Assembly (NCBI RefSeq): GCF_009914755.1
Contig: NC_060946.1
Length of the DNA: 64,000 nt
Strand: one strand, 5' to 3'
DNA from: the human T2T-CHM13v2.0 reference genome, Homo sapiens
Part shown: positions 16,598 through 30,114 of the stretch, one piece after another
How positions within the stretch are numbered: the first letter of the stretch is position 1
How the letters are laid out: every line of letters begins with the position of its first letter
Made by a program: the position numbers and the translations under genes
The notes under the pieces: model-generated
Database searches by the model: none
The model's input: only the letters and a program-made list of their open reading frames with translations
What the model was told of the DNA's origin: nothing

Positions 16598-16823
16598 GAA
16601 TCATGATGTTATTATAAGATGAGTTGTGCGCGGTGATGGCCGCCTGTAGTCGCGGCTACTCGGGAGGCTGAGACGAGGAGAAGATCACTTGAGGCCCCAC
16701 AGGTCGAGGCTTCGGTCGGCCGTGACCCACTGTATCCTGGGCAGTCACCGGTCAAGGAGATATGCCCCTTCCCCGTTTGCTTTTCTTTTCTTCCCTTCTC
16801 TTTTCTTCTTTTTGCTTCTCTTT

Positions 16824-16867
<44 letters not shown>

Positions 16868-17244
16868 TTTCTTTTTCTCTCTTCCCCTCTTTCTTTCCTG
16901 CCTTCCTGCCTTTCTTCTTTTCTTCTTTCCTCCCTTCCTCCCTTCCTTCTTTCCTCCCGCCTCAGCCTCCCAAAGTGCTGGGATGACTGGCGGGAGGCAC
17001 CATGCCTGCTTGGCCCAAAGAGACCCTCTTGGAAAGTGAGACGCAGAGAGCGCCTTCCAGTGATCTCATTGACTGATTTAGAGACGGCATCTCGCTCCGT
17101 CACCCCGGCAGTGGTGCCGTCGTAACTCACTCCCTGCAGCGTGGACGCTCCTGGACTCGAGCGATCCTTCCACCTCAGCCTCCAGAGTACAGAGCCTGGG
17201 ACCGCGGGCACGCGCCACTGTGCCCACACCGTTTTTAATTGTTT

Positions 17245-17537
17245 TTTTTTCCCCCGAGACAGAGTTTCACTCTCGTGGCCTAGACTGCAGTGCGGTGGCG
17301 CGATCTTGGCTCACCGCAACCTCTGCCTCCCGGTTTCAAGCGATTCTCCTGCATCGGCCTCCTGAGTAGCCGGGATTGCGGGCATGCGCTGCCACGTCTG
17401 GCTGATTTCGTATTTTTAGTGGAGACGGGGCTTCTCCATGTCGATCGGGCTGGTTTCGAACTCCCGACCTCAGGTGATCCGCCCTCCCCGGCCTCCGGAA
17501 GTGCTGGGATGACAGGCGTGAGCCACCGCGCCCGGCC
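17245..17537 (-). mobile_element. Alu, full length
   Basis: T-tract, GAGACAGAGTTTCACTC...CCTCAGGTGATCCGCC...GTGAGCCACCGCGCCCGGCC. Confidence 0.9.
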
Positions 17538-17685
17538 TTCATTTTTAAATGTTTTCCCACAGACGGGGTCTCATCATTTCTTTGCAACCCTCCTGCCCGG
17601 CGTCTCAAAGTGCTGGCGTGACGGGCGTGAGCCACTGCGCCTGGACTCCGGGGAATGACTCACGACCACCATCGCTCTACTGATC

Positions 17686-17744
<59 letters not shown>

Positions 17745-18292
17745 GATGAATTATCTTATGATTTATTTGTGTACTTATTTTCAGACGGAGTCTCGCTCTG
17801 GGCGGGGCGAGGCGAGGCGAGGCACAGCGCATCGCTTTGGAAGCCGCGGCAACGCCTTTCAAAGCCCCATTCGTATGCACAGAGCCTTATTCCCTTCCTG
17901 GAGTTGGAGCTGATGCCTTCCGTAGCCTTGGGCTTCTCTCCATTCGGAAGCTTTGACAGGCGCAACCCCACCCAGAGGCTGGCTGCGGCTGAGGATTAGG
18001 GGGTGTGTTGGGGCTGAAAACTGGGTCCCCTATTTTTGATACCTCAGCCGACACATCCCCCGACCGCCATCGCTTGCTCGCCCTCTGAGATCCCCCGCCT
18101 CCACCGCCTTGCAGGCTCACCTCTTACTTTCATTTCTTCCTTTCTTGCGTTTGAGGAGGGGGTGCGGGAATGAGGGTGTGTGTGGGGAGGGGGTGCGGGG
18201 TGGGGACGGAGGGGAGCGTCCTAAGGGTCGATTTAGTGTCATGCCTCTTTCACCACCACCACCACCACCGAAGATGACAGCAAGGATCGGCT

Positions 18293-18560
18293 AAATACCG
18301 CGTGTTCTCATCTAGAAGTGGGAACTTACAGATGACAGTTCTTGCATGGGCAGAACGAGGGGGACCGGGGACGCGGAAGCCTGCTTGAGGGAGGAGGGGT
18401 GGAAGGAGAGACAGCTTCAGGAAGAAAACAAAACACGAATACTGTCGGACACAGCACTGACTACCCGGGTGATGAAATCATCTGCACACTGAACACCCCC
18501 GTCACAAGTTTACCTATGTCACAGTCTTGCACATGTATGCTTGAACGACAAATAAAAGTT
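18293..18560 (+). mobile_element. Old L1PA-type LINE-1 3' end fragment; copies at 22713-22980 and 63604-63871
   Basis: AAATACCGCGTGTTCTCA...GGGTGATGAAATCATCTGCACA...CACAAGTTTACCTATGT...GCACATGTA...AAATAAAAGTT resembles the L1PA 3'UTR terminus. Followed by (GA)n instead of poly(A). Confidence 0.75.
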
Positions 18561-18721
18561 AGGGGGGAGAAGAGAGGAGAGAGAGAGAGAGAGAGAGACA
18601 GAGAGAGACAGAGAGAGAGAGAGAGGAGGGAGAGAGAAAACGAAACACCACCTCCTTGACCTGAGTCAGGGGGTTTCTGGCCTTTTGGGAGAACGTTCAG
18701 CGACAATGCAGTATTTGGGCC

Positions 18722-19716
<995 letters not shown>

Positions 19717-19724
19717 CTAGGGCC

Positions 19725-20080
19725 TTCTCTCTGTCTGTTTCTCTCTGTTCGTCTCTGTCTTTCTCTCTGTGTCTCTTTCTCTGTCTGTCTGTCTCTTTCT
19801 TTCTCTCTGTCTCTGTCTCTGTCTTTGTCTCTCTCTCTCCCTCTCTGCCTGTCTCACTGTGTCTGTCTTCTGTCTTACTCTCTTTCTCTCCCCGTCTGTC
19901 TCTCTCTCTCTCTCTCCCTCCCTGTTTGTTTCTCTCTCTCCCTCCCTGTCTGTTTCTCTCTCTCTCTTTCTGTCTGTTTCTGTCTCTCTCTGTCTGTCTA
20001 TGTCTTTCTCTGTCTGTCTCTTTCTCTGTCTGTCTGCCTCTCTCTTTCTTTTTCTGTGTCTCTCTGTCGGTCTCTCTCTC

Positions 20081-20115
<35 letters not shown>

Positions 20116-20307
20116 GTGCCTATCTTCTGTCTTACTCTCTTTCTCTGCCTGTCTGTCTGTCTCTCCCTCCCTTTCTGTTTCTCTCTCTCTCTCTCTCTCT
20201 CTCCCCCTCTCCCTGTCTGTTTCTCTCCGTCTCTCTCTCTTTCTGTCTGTTTCTCACTGTCTCTCTCTGTCCATCTCTCTCTCTCTCTGTCTGTCTCTTT
20301 CGTTCTC

Positions 20308-20358
<51 letters not shown>

Positions 20359-20400
20359 CTCTCTGTGTGTATCTTCTGTCTTACTCTCCTTCTCTGCCTG

Positions 20401-20434
<34 letters not shown>

Positions 20435-20777
20435 CCTTTCTGTCTCTCTCTCTCTCTGTCCCTCTCTCTTTCTGTCTGTTCCTCTCTCTCTCTCTGTCTC
20501 TGTCTTTCTCTGTCTGTCTGCCTCTCTCTTTCTTTCTCTTTCTGTGTCTCTCTGTCTCTCTCTCTGTGCCTATCTTCTGTCTTACTCTCTTTCTCTGCCT
20601 GCCTGCCTGTCTGTCTGTCTGTCTCTCTCTGTCTCTCTCCCTGCCTTTCTGTTTCTCTCTCTCTCTCCCTCTCTCTCTCCCTCTCTCGCTCTCTCTGTCT
20701 TTCTCTCTTTCTCTCTGTTTCTCTGTCTCTCTCTGTCCGTCTCTGTCTTTTTCTGTCTGTCTCTCTCTTTCTTTCTG

Positions 20778-20810
<33 letters not shown>

Positions 20811-20906
20811 GCTTGTCTCTCTCACTGTGTCTGTCCTCTGTCTTACTCTCCTTCTCTGCCTGTCCGTCTGTCTGTCTGTCTCTCTCTCTCTCCCTCCCTT
20901 TCTGTT

Positions 20907-20951
<45 letters not shown>

Positions 20952-21876
20952 GTTTCTCTTTCTCTCTCTGTCTGTCTCTGTCTTTCTCTGTCTGTCTCTT
21001 TCTCTGTCTGTCTGTCTCCTTCTCTCTGTCTCCGTCTCTGTCTCTCTCTCTCTGTCTCTCTCTCTCTGCCTGTCTCACTGTGTCTGTCTTCTGTCTTATT
21101 CTCTTTCTCTGTCTGTCTGTCTCTCTCTCTCCCTTCCTGTCTCTTTCTCTCTCTCTCTCTCTTTCTGTCTGTTTCTCTCTGCCTGTCTCCGTCTTTCTCT
21201 GTCTGCCTCTCTCTTTCTTTTTCTGCGTCTCTCTGTCTCTCTCTCTCTGTGCCTATCTTCTGTCTTACTCTGTTTCTCTGCCTGCCTGTCTGTCTGTCTG
21301 TCTCTCTCTCTCTCTGTCTCTCTCTCTTTCTGTCTGTTTCTCTCTGTCTCTCTGTCCATCTCTGTCTTTCTCTGTCCGTCTCTCTCTTTCTCCCTGTCTC
21401 TGTCTCTGCCTCTGCCTCTCTCTCTCTCTGTCTCTCTCTTTCTATCTGTTTCTCTCTGTCTCTCTGTCCATCTCTGTCTTTCTCTGTCTGTCTCTCTCTT
21501 TCTCCCTGTCTCTGTCTCTGCCTCTCTCTCTCTCTCTCTGTCTGTCTCTCTCACTGTGTGTGTGTCTCTGTCTCTGCCTCTCTCTCTCTCTCTCTCTCTC
21601 TCTGTCTGTCTCTCTCACTGTGTGTGTCTGTCTTCTGTCTTACTCTCCTTCTCTGCCTGTCCGTCTGTCTGTCTGTCTCTCCCTCTCTCTCCCTCCCTTT
21701 CTGTTTCTCTCTCTCTCTCTCTCTCTTTCTGTCTGTTTCTCTCTTTCTCTCTCTGTCTGTCTCTTTCTCTGTCTGTCTGTCTCTCTCTTTCTTTTTCTCT
21801 GTCTCTCTGTCTCTCTCTGTGCCTGTCTCTCTGTCTGTGCCTATCTTCTGTCTTACTCTCTTTCTCTGGCTGACTG

Positions 21877-21915
<39 letters not shown>

Positions 21916-22016
21916 GTCTCCGTCCCTCCCTCCCTGTCTGTCTGTTTCTCTCTCTGTCCATTTCTGTCTGTCTCTTTCTCTTTCTCTCTCTTTCTTTCTC
22001 TCTGTCTCTCTCTGTC

Positions 22017-22065
<49 letters not shown>

Positions 22066-22273
22066 CTCTCTCACTGTGTCGGTCTTCTGTCTTACTCTCT
22101 TTCTCTGCCTGCCTCTCTGTCTGTCTGTCTGTCTCTCTCCCTCCATGTCTCTCTCTCTCTCTCTCTCACTCACTGTCTCTCCGTCTCTCTCTCTTTCTGT
22201 CTGTTTCTCTCTGTCTCTGTCTTTCTGTGTGTCTGTCTGTCTCTCTCTCTATTTGTCTTTCTCCCTCCCTGTC

Positions 22274-22316
<43 letters not shown>

Positions 22317-22388
22317 GTCTGTTTCTCTCTATCTCTCGCTGTCCATCTCTGTCTTTCTATGTCTGTCTCTTTCTCTGTCAGTCTGTCA
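19725..22388. repeat. CT/CTGT-rich compound microsatellite tract 1 (~2.7 kb)
   Basis: Almost pure pyrimidine on the + strand, with a recurrent TCTTCTGTCTTACTCT motif. Confidence 0.96.
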
Positions 22389-23039
22389 GACACCCCCGTG
22401 CCGGGTAGGGCCCTGCCCCTTCCACGAAAGTGAGAAGCGCGTGCTTCGGTGCTTAGAGAGGCCGAGAGGAATCTAGACAGGCGGGCCTTGCTGGGCTTCC
22501 CCACTCGGTGTATGATTTCGGGAGGTCGAGGCCGGGTCCCCGCTTGGATGCGAGGGGCATTTTCAGACTTTTCTCTCGGTCACGTGTGGCGTCCGTACTT
22601 CTCCTATTTCCCCGATAAGCTCCTCGACTTCAACATAAACGGCGTCCTAAGGGTCGATTTAGTGTCATGCCTCTTTCACCGCCACCACCGAAGATGAAAG
22701 CAAAGATCGGCTAAATACCGCGTGTTCTCATCTAGAAGTGGGAACTTACAGATGACAGTTCTTGCATGGGCAGAACGAGGGGGACCGGGGACGCGGAAGC
22801 CTGCTTGAGGGAGGAGGGGTGGAAGGAGAGACAGCTTCAGGAAGAAAACAAAACACGAATACTGTCGGACACAGCACTGACTACCCGGGTGATGAAATCA
22901 TCTGCACACTGAACACCCCCGTCACAAGTTTACCTATGTCACAGTCTTGCTCATGTATGCTTGAACGACAAATAAAAGTTCGGGGGGGAGAAGAGAGGAG
23001 AGAGAGAGAGAGACGGGGAGAGAGGGGGGAGAGGGGGGG

Positions 23040-23090
<51 letters not shown>

Positions 23091-23179
23091 GTAAAACCAA
23101 CCACCACCTCCTTGACCTGAGTCAGGGGGTTTCTGGCCTTTTGGGAGAACGTTCAGCGACAATGCAGTATTTGGGCCCG

Positions 23180-24128
<949 letters not shown>

Positions 24129-24144
24129 CTACTGGGCTAGGGCC

Positions 24145-24662
24145 TTCTCTCTGTCTGTTTCTCTCTGTTCGTCTCTGTCTTTCTCTCTGTGTCTCTTTCT
24201 CTGTCTGTCTGTCTGTCTGTCTGTCTCTTTCTTTCTTTCTGTCTCTGTCTTTGTCCCTCTCTCTCCCTCTCTGCCTGTCTCACTGTGTCTGTCTTCTATC
24301 TTACTCTCTTTCTCTCCCCGTCTGTCTCTCTCTCACTCCCTCCCTGTCTGTTTCTCTCTCTCTCTCTTTCTGTCTGTTTCTGTCTCTCTCTGTCTGCCTC
24401 TCTCTTTCTCTATCTGTCTCTTTCTCTGTCTGTCTGCCCCTCTCTTTCTTTTTCTGTGTCTCTCTGTCTGTCTCTCTCTCTCTCTGTGCCTATCTTCTGT
24501 CTTACTCTCTTTCTCTGCCTGTCTGTCTGTCTCTCTCTGTCTCTCCCTCCCTTTCTGCTTCTCTCTCTCTCTCTCTCTCTCTCCCCCCTCCCTGTCTGTT
24601 TCTCTCTGTCTCCCTCTCTTTCTGTCTGTTTCTCACTGTCTCTCTCTGTCTGTCTGTTTCAT

Positions 24663-24697
<35 letters not shown>

Positions 24698-24797
24698 GTC
24701 TCTCCCTCTCTGTGTGTATCTTTTGTCTTACTCTCCTTCTCTGCCTGTCCGTCTGTCTGTCTGTCTCTCTCTCTCCCTGTCCCTCTCTCTTTCTGTC

Positions 24798-24842
<45 letters not shown>

Positions 24843-25119
24843 GTCTTTCTCTGTCTGTCCCTTTCTCTGTCTGTCTGCCTGTCTCTTTCTCTTTCTGTGT
24901 CTCTCTGTCTCTCTCTCTGTGCCTATCTTCTGTCTTACTCTCTTTCTCTGCCTGTCTATCTGTCTGTCTCTCTCTGTCTCTCTCCCTGCCTTTCTGTTTC
25001 TCTCTCTCTCCCTCTCTCGCTCTCTCTGTCTTTCTCTCTTTCTCTCTGTTTCTCTGTCTCTCTCTGTCCGTCTCTGTCTTTTTCTGTCTGTCTGTCTCTC
25101 TCTTTCTTTCTGTCGTCTG

Positions 25120-25155
<36 letters not shown>

Positions 25156-25346
25156 TCCTTGTCTCTCTCACTGTGTCTGTCTTCTGTCTTACTCTCCTTC
25201 TCTGCCTGTCCATCTGTCTGTCTGTCTCTCTCTCTCTCTCCCTACCTTTCTGTTTCTCTCTCGCTAGCTCTCTCTCTCTCTGCCTGTTTCTCTCTTTCTC
25301 TCTCTGTCTTTCTCTGTCTGTCTCTTTCTCTGTCTGTCTGTCTCTT

Positions 25347-25391
<45 letters not shown>

Positions 25392-25634
25392 GCCTCTCTC
25401 ACTGTGTCTGTCTTCTGTCTTATTCTCTTTCTCTCTCTGTCTCTCTCTCTCTCTCCTTTCCTGTCTGTTTTTCTCTCTCTCTCTCTCTTTCTGCCTGTTT
25501 CTCTCTGTCTGTCTCTGTCTTTCTCTGTCTGTCTGCCTCTCTCTTTCTTTTTCTGCGTCTCTCTGTCTCTCTCTCTCTCTCTCTGTTCCTATCTTCTGTC
25601 TTACTCTGTTTCCTTGCCTGCCTGCCTGTCTGTG

Positions 25635-25672
<38 letters not shown>

Positions 25673-25781
25673 CCTTTCTCTTTCTCTGTCTCTCTCTCTC
25701 TTTCTGGGTGTTTCTCTCTGTCTCTCTGTCCATCTCTGTCTTTCTATGTCTGTCTCTCTCTTTCTCTCTGTCTCTGTCTCT

Positions 25782-25815
<34 letters not shown>

Positions 25816-25917
25816 GTCTCTCTCACTGTGTGTGTCTGTCTTCTGTCTTACTCTCCTTCTCTGCCTGTCCGTCTGTCTGTCTGTCTCTCTCTCTCCCTGT
25901 CCCTCTCTCTTTCTGTC

Positions 25918-25962
<45 letters not shown>

Positions 25963-26239
25963 GTCTTTCTCTGTCTGTCCCTTTCTCTGTCTGTCTGCCT
26001 CTCTCTTTCTCTTTCTGTGTCTCTCTGTCTCTCTCTCTGTGCCTATCTTCTGTCTTACTCTCTTTCTCTGCCTGTCTATCTGTCTGTCTCTCTCTGTCTC
26101 TCTCCCTGCCTTTCTGTTTCTCTCTCTCTCCCTCTCTCGCTCTCTCTGTCTTTCTCTCTTTCTCTCTGTTTCTCTGTCTCTCTCTGTCCGTCTCTGTCTT
26201 TTTCTGTCTGTCTGTCTCTCTCTTTCTTTCTGTCGTCTG

Positions 26240-26275
<36 letters not shown>

Positions 26276-26468
26276 TCCTTGTCTCTCTCACTGTGTCTGT
26301 CTTCTGTCTTACTCTCCTTCTCTGCCTGTCCATCTGTCTGTCTGTCTCTCTCTCTCTCTCCCTACCTTTCTGTTTCTCTCTCGCTAGCTCTCTCTCTCTC
26401 TCTGCCTGTTTCTCTCTTTCTCTCTCTGTCTTTCTCTGTCTGTCTCTTTCTCTGTCTGTCTGTCTCTT

Positions 26469-26513
<45 letters not shown>

Positions 26514-26754
26514 GCCTCTCTCACTGTGTCTGTCTTCTGTCTTATTCTCTTTCTCTCTCTGTCTCTCTCTCTCTCCTTTCCTGTCTGTGTTTCTCTCTCT
26601 CTCTCTCTTTCTGCCTGTTTCTCTCTGTCTGTCTCTGTCTTTCTCTGTCTGTCTGCCTCTCTCTTTCTTTTTCTGCGTCTCTCTGTCTCTCTCTCTCTCT
26701 CTCTGTTCCTATCTTCTGTCTTACTCTGTTTCCTTGCCTGCCTGCCTGTCTGTG

Positions 26755-26792
<38 letters not shown>

Positions 26793-26902
26793 CCTTTCTC
26801 TTTCTCTGTCTCTCTCTCTCTTTCTGTGTGTTTCTCTCTGTCTCTCTGTCCATCTCTGTCTTTCTATGTCTGTCTCTCTCTTTCTCTCTGTCTCTGTCTC
26901 TG

Positions 26903-26939
<37 letters not shown>

Positions 26940-27858
26940 GTCTCTCTCACTGTGTGTGTCTGTCTTCTGTCTTACTCTCCTTCTCTGCCTGTCCGTCTGT
27001 CTGTCTGTCTCTCCCTCTCTCTCCCTCCCTTTCTGTTTCTCTCTCTCTCTCTTTCTGTCTGTTTCTCTCTTTCTCTCTCTGTCTGTCTCTTTCTCTGTCT
27101 GTCTGTCTCTCTCTTTCTTTTTCTCTGTCTCTCTGTCTCTCTCTGTGTCTGTCTCTCTGTCTGTGCCTATCTTCTGTCTTACTCTCTTTCTCTGGCTGTC
27201 TGCCTGTCTCTCTCTCTCTCTCTGTCTGTCTCCGTCCCTCTCTCCCTGTCTGTCTGTTTCTCTCTCTGCCTCTCTCTCTCTCTGTCTGTCTCTTTCTCTG
27301 TCTGTCTGTCTCTCTCTTTCTTTTTCTCTGTCTCTCTGTCTCTCTCTGTGTCTGTCTCTCTTTCTGTGCCTATCTTCTGTCTTACTCTCTTTCTCTGGCT
27401 GTCTGCCTGTCTCTCTCTCTCTGCCTGTCTCCGTCCCTCCCTCCCTGTCTGTCTGTTTCTCTCTCTGTCTCTGTCTCTCTGTCCATCTCTGTCTGTCTCT
27501 TTCTCTTTCTCTCTCTCTGTCTCTGTCTCTCTCTCTCTCTGCCTGTCTCTCTCACTGTGTCTGTCTTCTGTCTTACTCTCTTTCTCTGCCTGCCTCTCTG
27601 TCTGTCTGTCTCTCTCCCTCCATGTCTCTCTCTCTCTCTCACTCACTCTCTCTCCGTCTCTCTCTCTTTCTGTCTGTTTCTCTCTCTGTCTGTCTCTCTC
27701 CCTCCATGTCTCTCTCTCTCTCTCTCACTCACTCTCTCTCCGTCTCTCTCTCTCTTTCTGTCTGTTTCTCTCTCTGTCTGTCTCTCTCCCTCCATGTCTC
27801 TCTCTCTCCCTCTCACTCACTCTCTCTCCGTCTCTCTCTCTCTCTTTCTGTCTGTTTC

Positions 27859-27905
<47 letters not shown>

Positions 27906-27942
27906 GTTTGTCTTTCTCCCTCCCTGTCTGTCTGTCTGTCTC

Positions 27943-27975
<33 letters not shown>

Positions 27976-28058
27976 TTCTCTTTCTGTCTGTTTCTCTCTA
28001 TCTCTCGCTGTCCATCTCTGTCTTTCTATGTCTGTCTCTTTCTCTGTCAGTCTGTCAG
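24145..28058. repeat. CT/CTGT-rich compound microsatellite tract 2 (~3.9 kb)
   Basis: Like tract 1, with an internal 1120-bp tandem duplication. Confidence 0.96.
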
Positions 28059-28315
28059 ACACCCCCGTGCCGGGTAGGGCCCTGCCCCTTCCACGAGAGT
28101 GAGAAGCGCGTGCTTCGGTGCTTAGAGAGGCCGAGAGGAATCTAGACAGGCGGGCCTTGCTGGGCTTCCCCACTCGGTGTATGATTTCGGGAGGTCGAGG
28201 CCGGGTCCCCGCTTGGATGCGAGGGGCATTTTCAGACTTTTCTCTCGGTCACGTGTGGCGTCCGTACTTCTCCTATTTCCCCGATAAGCTCCTCGACTTC
28301 AACATAAACTGTTAA

Positions 28316-28528
28316 GGCCGGACGCAACACGGCGAAACCCCGTCTCTACTAAAAATACAAAGCTGAGTCGGGAGCGGTGGGGCAGGCCCCTGTAATGCCA
28401 GCTCCTCGGGAGGCTGAGGCGGGAGAATCGCTTGAACCAGGGAAGCGGAGGCTGCAGGGAGCCGAGATCGCGCCACTGCACTACGGCCCAGGCTGTAGAG
28501 TGAGTGAGACTCGGTCTCTAAATAAATA
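28316..28528 (+). mobile_element. Alu, 5'-truncated
   Basis: GGCGAAACCCCGTCTCTACTAAAAATACAAA...GAGGCTGAGGCGGGAGAATCGCTTGAACC...GAGATCGCGCCACTGCACT. Confidence 0.88.
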
Positions 28529-29711
28529 CGGAAATTAATTAATTCATTAATTCTTTTCCCTGCTGACGGACATTTGCAGGCAGGCATCGGTTGTCTTCGG
28601 GCATCACCTAGCGGCCACTGTTATTGAAAGTCGACGTGACACGGAGGGAGGTCTCGCCGACTTCACCGAGCCTGGGGCAACGGGTTTCTCTCTCTCCCTT
28701 CTGGAGGCCCCTCCCTCTCTCCCTCGTTGCCTAGGGAACCTCGCCTAGGGAACCTCCGCCCTGGCGGGGGCCCTATTGTTCTTTGATCGGCGCTTTACTT
28801 TTCTTTGTGTTTTGGCGCCTAGACTCTTCTACTTGGGCTTTGGGAAGGGTCAGTTTAATTTTCAAGTTGCCCCCCGGCTCCCCCCACTACCCACGTCCCT
28901 TCACCTTAATTTAGTGAGTCGGTTAGGTGGGTTTCCCCCAAACCGCCCCCCCCCCCCGCCTCCCAACACCCTGCTTGGAAACCTTCCAGAGCCACCCCGG
29001 TGTGCCTCCGTCTTCTCTCCCCTTCCCCCACCCCTTGCCGGCGATCTCATTCTTGCCAGGCTGACATTTGCATCGGTGGGCGTCAGGCCTCACTCGGGGG
29101 CCACCGTTTTTGAAGATGGGGGCGGCACGGTCCCACTTCCCCGGAGGCAGCTTGGGCCGATGGCATAGCCCCTTGACCCGCGTGGGCAAGCGGGCGGGTC
29201 TGCAGTTGTGAGGCTTTTCCCCCCGCTGCTTCCCGCCTCAGGCCTCCCTCCCTAGGAAAGCTTCACCCTGGCTGGGTCTCGGTCACCTTTTATCACGATG
29301 TTTTAGTTTCTCCGCCCTCCGGCCAGCAGAGTTTCACAATGCGAAGGGCGCCACGGCTCTAGTCTGGGCCTTCTCAGTACTTGCCCAAAATAGAAACGCT
29401 TTCTGAAAACTAATAACTTTGCTCACTTAAGATTTCCAGGGACGGCGCCTTGGCCCGTGTTTGTTGGCTTGTTTTGTTTCGTTCTGTTTTGTTTTGTTCG
29501 TGTTTTTCCTTTCTCGTATGTCTTTCTTTTCAGGTGAAGTAGAAATCCCCAGTTTTCAGGAAGACGTCTATTTTCCCCAAGACACGTTAGCTGCCGTTTT
29601 TTCCTGTTGTGAACTAGCGCTTTTGTGACTCTCTCAACGTGCAGTGAGAGCCGGTTGATGTTTACCATCCTTCATCATGACATCTTATTTTCTAGAAATC
29701 CGTAGGCGAAT

Positions 29712-29799
29712 GCTGCTGCTGCTCTTGTTGCTGTTGTTGTTGTTGTTGTTGTCGTCGTTGCTGTTGTCGTTGTCGTTGTTGTTGTCGTTGTCGTTGTTT
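29712..29799. repeat. (GCT/GTT/GTC)n compound trinucleotide repeat
   Basis: Seen directly. Confidence 0.9.
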
Positions 29800-29880
29800 T
29801 CAAAGTATACCCCGGCCACCGTTTATGGGATCAAAAGCATTATAAAATATGTGTGATTATTTCTTGAGCACGCCCTTCCT

Positions 29881-30067
29881 CCCCCTCTCTCTGTCTCTCT
29901 GTCTGTCTCTGTCTCTCTCTTTCTCTGTCTGTCTTCTCTCTCTCTCTCTCTCTGTGTCTCTCTCTCTCTGCCTGTCTGTTTCTCTCTCTCTGCCTCTCTC
30001 TCTCTCTCTCTCTCTGCCTGTCTCTCTCACTGTGTCTGTCTTCTGTCTTACTCCCTTTCTCTGTCTG

Positions 30068-30114
<47 letters not shown>

